In this document: in pieces, positions 1 to 9,401 of the stretch
How the letters are laid out: each line of letters opens with the position of its first letter
Numbering within the stretch: the stretch's first letter is position 1
From: a bacterium
Lineage (GTDB): Bacteria; Zhuqueibacterota; Zhuqueibacteria; Residuimicrobiales; Krinioviventaceae
NCBI GenBank assembly: GCA_963674595.2
Contig: CAXXFV010000008.1
Location: forward strand, 32,001-96,000
DNA: 64,000 bases
Direction: 5' to 3'
Notes under the pieces: generated by a model
What the model saw: the letters and a program-made list of their open reading frames with translations, nothing else
What the model was told of the DNA's origin: nothing
The model's database searches: none
Program-made: the position numbers and the translations under genes

Positions 1-1755
1 TTCGAAAACAATCATTGTTCGGGAGTTAAAGGGATTGGGATAGTTTTGCAATAGTTTGTAGGATTCCGGCTGGCAGGATTCTTTTTGGTGCTCTAAACCG
101 ACATTTGGATTGTTATAAACAATTCCGGCAACAATTGTGCTGATAACATAAAGATCTTTTAAACTGTTTGGTTCGATTGAATATAAATCGTCCGACCAAA
201 CAACCATGTCGGCATATTTGCCGGGTTCAATAGAGCCTTTAATATCTTCTTCAAAGGCGGCATAAGCTGATCCCATTGTATGCGCATATAGTGCTTCCTG
301 TACTGAAACAGCCTGGTCCGGGGCCAGGTACTGGCCCGTTTCTGACCTTCGAACACAGGCGCTCCAGAGGGTGTATTTTGGGGCGATATAGGGAATTGTC
401 GGGTAATCCGTACCGAGTGCGACCGGAATTCCTTTGTTGAGTAAAGAATGCATAGGCATAAAACGGCTTGCCCGTTCAGCACCCCAAAAACCGGTATAAA
501 ATTGGGCGCCGGCATAAATTGCTGACGGTTGAATAGAAACGACCACCCCTAGTTCTTTCATCCTGTTCATGGCTTCTTCCGTTGGGATCATACAGTGCTC
601 CAGTCTATGGCGGTGATCATAACGAAATGTGTCGTTTTGTGCTGCTTCAATGACATCCAGGGCAAGGTCTATGGCATGGTCGCCCATACAGTGGAAAGCA
701 ATTTGGTGACCGGCACGGTGTAGTTTTTTAACGGTGGCTTCAAGACTGTCCGGGTCCCAGGTGGGCAAGTCCCATGACGGACCGGGATGAGGCTCATAGG
801 TGTATGAAGTCGGCGGCTGACCGTCCAGTAAAAATTTATCGCCTCCCATACTCAACCAGGGACCCTGGTATAAAAACAGATTGTTAAGGCTGGTTTCTGC
901 GTCTTCCGGTCTTTCTATGGTAAACAGAATATATGCCCTTGCTTTTAAAGAGTCACGTGCCTGATAATAGCCTTGAACGCGTTTCATACTCCGTGTGTTG
1001 ACATCCTGATAGCTGGTGATGCCGGTAACAAGACAAAGCTCCTGGGCGAATATAACGTCTGCTGCCAACTGGTTTTCATCAAAAAGGGGGAGATAATAGC
1101 GGACCACGTCCATTGCCGGATGGTTCCACAGAATACCATTTGGAATGCCTGTTGTCGAGTCTCTTTCAATAATACCGCCTACCGGATCTTGTGTGCTTGA
1201 GTCAATGCCGGCAATTTCCAACGCTTTACTGTTTGCTGTTCCATAATGCCCACCCTGGCTGTTTAGAAACACCGGGTTATCGGGCGAAACCGTATCCAGA
1301 TCATATCGGGTCGGTAAACGCATATCTTCAAGTTTAAAAAAACCGTCTCCGATAATCCATTCTCCGGGAGCTGTTTCCTGAACACGTTCTGCAATGGCCG
1401 CCAGAACTTCTTCAATATTATTGACACTTGGCGGTCTCAGATTGACATAATCATTCTCGGTCTGGCCATAATACATCAGATGCAAATGTGAGTCGATCAT
1501 TCCGGGCGTTACTGTTTTACCATTTAAATTTCGTACATCCGTATCAGGGCCCTTATAAGCCATTATGTCCGTGTTTGTGCCGACATCAAGGATAAGGCTG
1601 TCTTTAACGGCCACGGCCTGGGCAATGGAATTTTCCGGGTCTACTGTTATTATTTTACCATTCCAGATAATTAAATCGGCATAGGTTGTTTGAGCTTTAC
1701 TTTGGTTTGAAAACAAAAACATACAGGCAAGTATCAGGATGAAAAATTTCTTCAT
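1..1755 (-). CDS. Secreted amidohydrolase-3 (YtcJ-like) with C-terminal secretion-type domain; runs off window edge
   Basis: Hand translation (not in ORF track): MKKFFILILACMFLFS signal peptide; PGMIDSHLH, FHCMGD, RLEHC, GTDYP and GSIEPGKYADMVV motifs; ends ...YKLLQNYPNPFNSRTMIVFE at the edge. Confidence 0.9.
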   Translation of the reverse strand, partial: MKKFFILILACMFLFSNQSKAQTTYADLIIWNGKIITVDPENSIAQAVAVKDSLILDVGTNTDIMAYKGPDTDVRNLNGKTVTPGMIDSHLHLMYYGQTENDYVNLRPPSVNNIEEVLAAIAERVQETAPGEWIIGDGFFKLEDMRLPTRYDLDTVSPDNPVFLNSQGGHYGTANSKALEIAGIDSSTQDPVGGIIERDSTTGIPNGILWNHPAMDVVRYYLPLFDENQLAADVIFAQELCLVTGITSYQDVNTRSMKRVQGYYQARDSLKARAYILFTIERPEDAETSLNNLFLYQGPWLSMGGDKFLLDGQPPTSYTYEPHPGPSWDLPTWDPDSLEATVKKLHRAGHQIAFHCMGDHAIDLALDVIEAAQNDTFRYDHRHRLEHCMIPTEEAMNRMKELGVVVSIQPSAIYAGAQFYTGFWGAERASRFMPMHSLLNKGIPVALGTDYPTIPYIAPKYTLWSACVRRSETGQYLAPDQAVSVQEALYAHTMGSAYAAFEEDIKGSIEPGKYADMVVWSDDLYSIEPNSLKDLYVISTIVAGIVYNNPNVGLEHQKESCQPESYKLLQNYPNPFNSRTMIVFE

Positions 1756-2121
1756 GGCAAATCCTTTCAAAGATTAATGTTTTAATATTTAAGGATATTA
1801 CAACTAGTTGAGAAATCGTATCCGTTTATTGGGTTTATTGAATGTACCGGAGCGTTCAGAGTCTGTTGGTGAGAGGTATGAAGATTTGTATGAGTGTCCT
1901 GTTCCGTCATAAAATGCTTTATATTTGAATGTAATGAATTTTGCAATTTTGTCAAATTAAAATGATATGAAACCAGTTTTTCATGCTGTTTTCCTTGTAT
2001 ATTATTATTTTTCACTTTTATATCATATTAAGAATGATTATAATAAATTATTCCAGGCAAATTTGATGCTGTTCTGCAAAACCTTGTATCCCTGTTCAAC
2101 CTGATTCAAAAAGGAGCTTTT

Positions 2122-4566
2122 ATGTATAAAAGAATATTTTCTTTATTCCTGCTGACATTTTTTACAGGTCAATTGACTCTTTTTTCACAAACTTTTCAGG
2201 AACATCCGCATCCTTTTTATTATACGGAAAAACGTATTGCAACCGCCAGAGAGAATATAAATAGGCATGAATGGGCTAAAACATTGTTTCAGGAAATGAA
2301 AGCTTTTGCCGATGAAGCGGCTGAAAAGAGCGATAAAGAACTGGGCAACTGGTTCTCCGAATATACGCCAATGGCCGAATGTGACTGTCCCTATTGTGGT
2401 CACGATTGGAATGATTATACATGGACATGGTCCAAAGAAGAGCCGGACCAGTTAAAGTGCAAATATTGTAAAAAAATTACTTCTTTACAACATTTCCCTG
2501 AAAATGATGTTATTTATATTTATGATTTAAAAGGGAATATTCATCCTCATCCTGTGTACCGCGACTCTACCGGGAAAAAATACCCTATTCGTGAGCTGTT
2601 ATTTTATCATAAAGAACGAATGGCTTATACATGGATCGAAAATTTGGGGATTGCCTATGCGGTTACCGGTAAAAAGATTTACGCTGAAAAAGCCCTTGTT
2701 TTACTCAAGCGTATGGCCGAGGTCTATCCCGGATTTGGTGTACACGACAACTTTAGATTTGAACGATATCCCTTTGGCTGGGCCGGGAAACTAAGAAACT
2801 GGCACTATACCGATGCCTATACCTTACAGGACTGTGCGGCAACTTATGATGCTATTTACCATAGCGGTGTATTAAAAGATAATGACAAGGAATTTGTTGA
2901 AACAAATTTATTTCAAGATGGTCTGGATTTTTTAACGTCTGTGAAACCGTCTCAGGGAATTTCAAACGATATTGCATTCCGATATGCCGGTGTGGCCATG
3001 CTTGGAAGAACGTTGGAAGACCATGATGCCATAGCATGGGTTTTGGACCCTAATGAAGGTTACCTCGCGTTTATAGATAAATTATTTTATGATGATGGTA
3101 CCTGGCTTGAACGGTCACTGGGGTATCATAAAATGGCTGCCAGGCCCTTACACGAAACCGTCGAGATTTTAAAAGGTTATTCGGACCCAAAATCTTATAA
3201 AAGCGCTGACCGGTTTGAAAATATCGATCTCACCGGGACCAAAAAGCTGGGAGCGATTTTCTCAATCAGTATGGAAATGCGGTATCCGGACGGTACGTTT
3301 CCGGTTATTAATGATAATAGAATGGGAGGGAAACCGGACCCTGTCCCTTTGGAAGCACTTTATAACTGGACCGGTAACATCAAGTGGCTTGAAAAAGCAA
3401 ATCAGGCCTATGAAGGTGACCTTTTACAAAAGGGTGATACCTATGCCCTGTTTAACCGCGATCCTGAAATAATTGAAAAAATTAAGAATGTAACCCCGGG
3501 AACCGGTATTCCTGATGTCAGCCGGCATTATCCGGGAATGGGTTTAACGATGCTGCGCCGTGGAACAGGAAAAGACCAAGCGGTTTTTACCATGCATTGT
3601 CATAAATATACCAGTCCGCATACCCATTATGATGCATTGAGCACAACATTGTTTGCTAATGGACGGGAAATGCTTTCCGATTTCGGCTATCCTTCCTTTA
3701 ACAGCGAATTTCGTATGACCTGGTATGTGAAAACTCTTTCTCATAATACACTGAGTGTGGATACCAACAATCAGTTAGCCCCCTACAGTGTACACAATTG
3801 GCTGTACCATGGAAACATGTTTTCCGCTTGTGAAGGAGAAGCCTGGGAAGCTTATCGTTTTACCTGTGAACCTTATTTTCGGCAAATAGCTCTGATTGAT
3901 GCTGACGAAAAAGGACATGTTTATGCTGTTGATATTTTCAGGGCAAAAGGCGGCAGCATTCATGATTGGGCCTTGCACGGTGAAGGTGACGAGTTTGAGA
4001 TAGAGTCATTAAAGTTGAAACCGGTTGACGGTCTCAATGGTTGTGAATATGCCTATAATCAATTAACAGATGTAAAAATGACACAATCCTTATCGCCCTG
4101 GAAAGCCAAATGGTCCTGGAAAGACGGCGCGGCGCTCAGTTGTTATTTCCCAAAAATTGTGGACTGTGAAATTTACCAGGCATTAACACCCGGTGAAAGA
4201 CTTAAAAGTATGCATGGCAGGAAAAAATACTCTATTTTTAATCGTCGCAAAGGCCAAGATTTACGCAGTGAATTTATCAGCATTTATGAACCGCATACAG
4301 GTGAACCGCTTGTTAATAAGGTTGAAAAGATTTTTGTGTCAAAGGATAAAGATTGGGCTATTGTATTAAAAGTTTATTTTAAAGATTCCATTCATTATAT
4401 ATTAAATTCCTATTTGGATGTTTCACCACAACAGGAACCTTTTGTTGACGGGAATGTGGAAATAAACTGGAAAAGCCGGTTTGGTGTGGTCAAAGTTAAA
4501 AATAACAAAATTGTGAAACAGGAATGGATCAAAGGTGACATGGAAGGTTTTCGTCACTATTTTTAA
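2122..4566 (+). CDS. Heparinase II/III-like (polysaccharide lyase-type) secreted protein
   Basis: Signal peptide; alginate-lyase-like N-half (DGTWLERSLGYH); heparinase II/III motifs HTHYDALS, SDFGY, SHNTLSVD; AGGAG RBS. Confidence 0.8.
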   Translation: MYKRIFSLFLLTFFTGQLTLFSQTFQEHPHPFYYTEKRIATARENINRHEWAKTLFQEMKAFADEAAEKSDKELGNWFSEYTPMAECDCPYCGHDWNDYTWTWSKEEPDQLKCKYCKKITSLQHFPENDVIYIYDLKGNIHPHPVYRDSTGKKYPIRELLFYHKERMAYTWIENLGIAYAVTGKKIYAEKALVLLKRMAEVYPGFGVHDNFRFERYPFGWAGKLRNWHYTDAYTLQDCAATYDAIYHSGVLKDNDKEFVETNLFQDGLDFLTSVKPSQGISNDIAFRYAGVAMLGRTLEDHDAIAWVLDPNEGYLAFIDKLFYDDGTWLERSLGYHKMAARPLHETVEILKGYSDPKSYKSADRFENIDLTGTKKLGAIFSISMEMRYPDGTFPVINDNRMGGKPDPVPLEALYNWTGNIKWLEKANQAYEGDLLQKGDTYALFNRDPEIIEKIKNVTPGTGIPDVSRHYPGMGLTMLRRGTGKDQAVFTMHCHKYTSPHTHYDALSTTLFANGREMLSDFGYPSFNSEFRMTWYVKTLSHNTLSVDTNNQLAPYSVHNWLYHGNMFSACEGEAWEAYRFTCEPYFRQIALIDADEKGHVYAVDIFRAKGGSIHDWALHGEGDEFEIESLKLKPVDGLNGCEYAYNQLTDVKMTQSLSPWKAKWSWKDGAALSCYFPKIVDCEIYQALTPGERLKSMHGRKKYSIFNRRKGQDLRSEFISIYEPHTGEPLVNKVEKIFVSKDKDWAIVLKVYFKDSIHYILNSYLDVSPQQEPFVDGNVEINWKSRFGVVKVKNNKIVKQEWIKGDMEGFRHYF

Positions 4567-4613
4567 GTTCGTTGTTTTGGATAATTTAAAAAAGAGTTAG
4601 TAAATAGTAATTT

Positions 4614-5012
4614 ATGGCTAAACCAAAAATAACATGGGAAATGACAAGCTGGGGGATTTATTCGGAATGGGACTCGAAATCCAAAGACCTTCCGAAAATT
4701 AAAAGCTTTGATGATAAAATCCCGGCAAAGGTGGGTGTGGAGTTTGGATATATCGTCAACATAAAAAAGGCAAAAGGTAAAAAATTATATTATTGCATTG
4801 ATCATCCCCGGGTATTGGATGAAAAGGGAATGGTCATGCCCCCATTTGAAGGCGAGGTTTATGTGAAAACCAATGACTGGGATTTTTTCCTGGGAGATAC
4901 AATTTGGGAACCGGTGTATGAAAAAGTGGGTCCCTGGCGGCTGACGCTTGAACTGGAAGGAACAATCATCGCCGATAAAACATTTGAGATTATAGCGGAT
5001 TTGCCGGAATAG
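4614..5012 (+). CDS. DUF3859-like protein
   Basis: GVEFGYIVNIKKAKG...IDHP...DWDFFLGDTIWEP pattern. Confidence 0.65.
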   Translation: MAKPKITWEMTSWGIYSEWDSKSKDLPKIKSFDDKIPAKVGVEFGYIVNIKKAKGKKLYYCIDHPRVLDEKGMVMPPFEGEVYVKTNDWDFFLGDTIWEPVYEKVGPWRLTLELEGTIIADKTFEIIADLPE

Positions 5013-5033
5013 ATAAATTACAGGATTTTTGAA

Positions 5034-5465
5034 TTGGCAAGAACAAATAAAAAACAACATACCAGGGGAAGCAGTGGGTATAATCGTAAAGTGTCGGATG
5101 ATTTTTTAGAAAAAAATAAAAACAAACCCGGTGTTGAAACAACAGCATCCGGGCTGCAATATCTGGTTTTGGATGAACAGCAGGGACCTGCGCCGACGAT
5201 TGAAGATACGGTTGTTGTTCAGCAACGGGTTACTTTAGTAGATGGTACTGTCCTTGATGATACCTATAAAAAACCGGACCCGGCCACATTTACAATGAAA
5301 GAGGCGATTGAAGGATATCGTGAAGGCCTTTTAATGATGTCTGTCGGTAGTCGTTACCGATTTTTTATTCCTTCTGAACTGGCCTGGGGAAAACGCGGCG
5401 CCGGAAGTAAAATCGGGCCGAACTCTGTTTTAATTATCGATGCGAGACTGGTAGAAATTGTCTGA
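5034..5465 (+). CDS. FKBP-type peptidyl-prolyl cis-trans isomerase
   Basis: TASGLQY, IEGYREGLLMMSVG, IPSELAWG, IGPNSVLI motifs. Confidence 0.9.
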   Translation: MARTNKKQHTRGSSGYNRKVSDDFLEKNKNKPGVETTASGLQYLVLDEQQGPAPTIEDTVVVQQRVTLVDGTVLDDTYKKPDPATFTMKEAIEGYREGLLMMSVGSRYRFFIPSELAWGKRGAGSKIGPNSVLIIDARLVEIV

Positions 5466-5510
5466 TTTCATGTTGGATAGAAAAATTAATTAAAAAAAGG
5501 AATCAATAAA

Positions 5511-6494
5511 ATGCGTCTTTTTATTTTAAAATTGAAATTATGTTTTTTGATTTGTTTTGCAAGCAATGTTGTATTCTCTGCGGCGCCGGATACGCTAAGC
5601 GTACTGCAATTAACTGATATTCATTTTTGCAATTTGACCGGTTATGATTCTGTATTTGCTGCATCAAGAGAGCATTATGGCAATGTGACGCCATCGTTAA
5701 CAACGTTTTTTAAAACAGTCCCCTGGACAACAAAGACAAATGCTGTTGTTATAACAGGTGATTTGATTGATTATTTTAGTGCTGAAACAATTCGCGGAAA
5801 TATGCTGGCCACCCAAATTGAGCAATTTACGGAATTGCTTCCTTTATGTCCTGTGCCGCTTTATTTGACCCTTGGGAACCATGATATTACCTGCTATTGG
5901 GTTGATGATGAAAATGAAAAAAAATCGTTTCAAATAAATTCGGATCGATCACGGGCAACATGGAGCCGCAATGTGTCTTGTTTTGCCAACGGGACCTATT
6001 ATTCAAAGACACTTGATGTTGGAAACACCAGTTATGTATTACTTTTTTTGGATAACGGATACAGTTTAAAAAACAATGCTGTTATTGAGCAAACGCAATT
6101 GGATTGGGTCAATTATCAGTTAAAAATGGCGGACGGAAAGCCGGTTGTTATTTTTATGCATAAATATTTGCCGATTCCGGATTATAACGGTGATGACCTT
6201 CGTTTTACCAAAAGACCGCGGATTATTATTGATGAGGATGTTTGTAACGAATATAATTTTATCCAAACACTAAATAATAATCCCAATATTATGGCACTCA
6301 TTGTCGGGCATGGTCATAAAAATGTATGGGAATACCTGCCGTTTCCTGCCGGACATAAAATTTTACAGGTTGAAACGGCTGCCTTTGGTCAGAATGCGGA
6401 CAATTGGCGATTATTATCATTTACTGAAAAGAATCTTGTCATTTCCAAAACCGGAACAACGTTACAGGAACATGTGCTGAATGTCCCTGAATAG
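5511..6494 (+). CDS. Secreted metallophosphoesterase (calcineurin-like)
   Basis: DIH, TGDLID, GNHD, GHGH motifs; signal peptide. Confidence 0.85.
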   Translation: MRLFILKLKLCFLICFASNVVFSAAPDTLSVLQLTDIHFCNLTGYDSVFAASREHYGNVTPSLTTFFKTVPWTTKTNAVVITGDLIDYFSAETIRGNMLATQIEQFTELLPLCPVPLYLTLGNHDITCYWVDDENEKKSFQINSDRSRATWSRNVSCFANGTYYSKTLDVGNTSYVLLFLDNGYSLKNNAVIEQTQLDWVNYQLKMADGKPVVIFMHKYLPIPDYNGDDLRFTKRPRIIIDEDVCNEYNFIQTLNNNPNIMALIVGHGHKNVWEYLPFPAGHKILQVETAAFGQNADNWRLLSFTEKNLVISKTGTTLQEHVLNVPE

Positions 6495-6673
6495 GAAAAA
6501 TCATTTTTTTAGCGTGTTTTTTTATATTTTATTGATTTTTACTTGACATCGATTTTTTTATTATTAAATTTAGTTAGGCAATATTCCATTTTTATGGAAC
6601 AACAGAAAACGGGGTCCTGTTGGTATTCTCTAAAAATGACAATAATTCGTTTAACCATTTGCAAGTGGGTATT

Positions 6674-7522
6674 ATGGAAAATGAATTTACGATTCGTAAA
6701 ATGGGGCGCAAGGATCTTGATGTCGCTGTAGAATGGGCCGCCCGGGAGGGCTGGAACCCGGGGCTCTACGATGCTGATTGTTTTTATAAATGTGATCCTA
6801 ATGGTTTTTTAATTGGTCTACTGTGTAACAAACCAATCGCTTGTATTTCTGTTGTAAAATATAACCAGACTTTTGGATTTTTGGGTTTTTATATTGTTCA
6901 TCCCGAATATCGCGGACAGGGTTATGGTTTGAAAATTTGGAATGCCGGCCTGGAGTATCTCGGCAATGTAAATATTGGTTTGGACGGTGTAGTTGCTCAA
7001 CAGGAAAATTATAAAAAATCAGGTTTTGATTTAGCATACAGAAATATAAGATACAGAGGTTTTCGTCAAAAAGAAAACGGACGATTTCATAATATCAAAC
7101 TTTTATCCAAATTGGATTTTGAAAAGATTGCTGATTATGACAACCACTTTTTCCCTGCTGAAAGAGGATTGTTTTTAAAAAGCTGGATTCAACAGCCGTT
7201 AAGCACAGCATTGGGATATGTGACCCATAACAAGCTTCGGGGATACGGTGTTATACGGCGATGCCGTGAAGGGTGTAAAATAGGTCCGTTGTTTGCTGAT
7301 ACACCGGAAATTGCAAACGAGATTTTTTTGGATTTGGTTGGATCTTTAAAACAATGTGAATCCTATTTTCTGGATATCCCGGAAATTAATCTGTATGCAC
7401 AAAATTTGGTCAAACAGTACAACATGGTCAAAGTTTTTGAAACAGCGCGAATGTATACCCGTGAAACCCCGGATATTTCGATAGAAAATGTTTATGGTGT
7501 TACAACTTTTGAATTGGGGTGA
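6674..7522 (+). CDS. GNAT family N-acetyltransferase (two-domain, YitH-like)
   Basis: EGWNPG, YRGQGYG, KIGPLFAD, C-terminal TTFELG; ATG at 6674 preferred over TTG 6620. Confidence 0.85.
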   Translation: MENEFTIRKMGRKDLDVAVEWAAREGWNPGLYDADCFYKCDPNGFLIGLLCNKPIACISVVKYNQTFGFLGFYIVHPEYRGQGYGLKIWNAGLEYLGNVNIGLDGVVAQQENYKKSGFDLAYRNIRYRGFRQKENGRFHNIKLLSKLDFEKIADYDNHFFPAERGLFLKSWIQQPLSTALGYVTHNKLRGYGVIRRCREGCKIGPLFADTPEIANEIFLDLVGSLKQCESYFLDIPEINLYAQNLVKQYNMVKVFETARMYTRETPDISIENVYGVTTFELG

Positions 7523-7541
7523 GGTAACGAGATTGGGGTAC

Positions 7542-9218
7542 TTAAAATATTTTTCTTCTGAATTTAAACGCGTCGATAACCGTTAAATTGGCTTCTTGTG
7601 AAAATGTGTGCACACCTTTAATGGATTTTTCCCAGTCCGGATTTACTAAAGTAATAATTTTTTCAGCATATTCTGTTTCTGATAGTGTTAGAATGTGGCT
7701 GATGTTAAATCCATATCCATAACGGTAAGAACAGTTTTGCGAGGGTCTGTAGAGTTTACCGTTCATTTTAAAAATTTTACCGGCAGGCCGGGCTTTTTTT
7801 GTGTCGGATATAATTGGATTCATGGGATGGGGCGTCCAGTTTTTCGTCAACAGTGTGTCTGCGAAAAACAAAAACAATTCGCTGTTGATGGAGCCGCCTT
7901 CGTTTTCGGCCATATTAACAAAGAGCCACCATTTTTCGTTGTGAAAAAACGGTGTGGCATCTACCGCATGAATGTTTTCCATTAAATTCATTTTAAATTC
8001 CCAGTTATTGGGAAATTCTTTACACTCATAAAGTTCAATTGTTTTGTTGGCGGACGAATCCGGGATCATATAGTATGTTTCATTACTTTGAAACACAAAA
8101 GGGTAGGAGAGATGATAGTCCTTTTCAAGCACCGGAACCGGTTTTGTGTGTTTGCCTTTGCTGTCAAATTCCATTACGGAAATGTGAGCTTTATTTAATT
8201 TGTACATGTTTTCTTCAATAAAGATGTAAAAACGATCATTATGTTTAACAACGTGCGGATCTGCCCAGAACCTGTCTTTTGGCGGAATGATTTTTTTAAA
8301 TTTTCTAAAATTTTTGCCATGTCCTGGTTTTGTATCATACATCAAATACCATTGTCCGATGTAAAAAATGTCCTGCCGGATTTTTTTAAAAATTTTACCA
8401 ATATAAGTAAATATTAATTTAAAAGCTTTGCCGTTCAATGGCTGTTTGTAAAGCGGCTTGGAGTAAAAATCAAATTCCGGTGTATATTTTTCTTCAACCT
8501 CGTTAAAGAATGTATCTTTTCCAATGTCATAAAGTCGTTTCATCTGGCGCGGTAAAAAGGAAGCAGATGTCCAAAAATATTCGTTTTTAGTCCGGGTCGG
8601 TGAAAAGTAACAGGGCAGTGACCAGGAACGATATAAAACATATCCGCCGTCCAGTTCTTCATTTAAAATTTGTAATATGGAACCTGTTTCCGGCCAGTTT
8701 TCCAATGCTTCCCAAAAGCCCGGGGGACCGCCTCTGTTCACAAAATTATCCCCGTGATGATAAGACCATACACCGTATTTAGGGCAGCTAAGGATTTCTC
8801 CACGTAAAATTCGGAACCCCATACGGATTAAAATATCCGGGTTCTGTTTTTTTACCTGGTCAATATCTGCCGGATTAAAATAGTCGGAAAATTTTTTTTG
8901 AACAGGCTCTACCTGAATGAGTTTTACGTTTTCTAATAATTGTCTCAGGTCCATTTCCGCTACGGCACTTGGCTGTGGACGAAAAATAAATTCATCTATT
9001 CTTCGTAATAAAAAATAAACAAGATTTTTTCGTTTGTCCCATACCTTGTGAAATTTGTTTTTATAAGGCTCTTTTGCCGTATTTAAAACAATAAATGTGA
9101 TGTCTGCAAAATCCGATGTGACAATCCGTTCAATCGCTCTATAAAACCAGGCTGATACCAGAAAAGAATCTAAAAGAATTCCAACAGCAAGTTTTTGTTT
9201 GTTAGCCTTTATGTCCAT
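7542..9218 (-). CDS. Formyltransferase-like domain plus glycoside-hydrolase-type beta-propeller (GINT1 N-terminal-like) protein
   Basis: GFRILRG..YGVWSYHHGD..RGGPPGFWE; FWADP, HLSYPFVF, RPAG, RPSQ motifs; ATG 9218 preferred. Confidence 0.7.
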   Translation of the reverse strand: MDIKANKQKLAVGILLDSFLVSAWFYRAIERIVTSDFADITFIVLNTAKEPYKNKFHKVWDKRKNLVYFLLRRIDEFIFRPQPSAVAEMDLRQLLENVKLIQVEPVQKKFSDYFNPADIDQVKKQNPDILIRMGFRILRGEILSCPKYGVWSYHHGDNFVNRGGPPGFWEALENWPETGSILQILNEELDGGYVLYRSWSLPCYFSPTRTKNEYFWTSASFLPRQMKRLYDIGKDTFFNEVEEKYTPEFDFYSKPLYKQPLNGKAFKLIFTYIGKIFKKIRQDIFYIGQWYLMYDTKPGHGKNFRKFKKIIPPKDRFWADPHVVKHNDRFYIFIEENMYKLNKAHISVMEFDSKGKHTKPVPVLEKDYHLSYPFVFQSNETYYMIPDSSANKTIELYECKEFPNNWEFKMNLMENIHAVDATPFFHNEKWWLFVNMAENEGGSINSELFLFFADTLLTKNWTPHPMNPIISDTKKARPAGKIFKMNGKLYRPSQNCSYRYGYGFNISHILTLSETEYAEKIITLVNPDWEKSIKGVHTFSQEANLTVIDAFKFRRKIF

Positions 9219-9401
9219 TTTATAAATGCCTGATAAATTATTTGAATTGGTGTGCAATTTTTGGTAACATAATAAATTACGGCATGAATGGCAATAGTTA
9301 TATAGAAAGCGTTCAAGATATTTTTCGATCAAGCCCTTGAATAATAAAATAAAAGAATGTACTTTACGAAATATAATATATTTCTGAAACGGAGATCCTT
9401 T

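Noticed and set aside
159-1200. Short track ORFs at the window start
   Set aside because: Alternative frames of the amidohydrolase gene
1782-2015. 77-aa ORF in the divergent intergenic region
   Set aside because: No RBS or motif; likely promoter DNA
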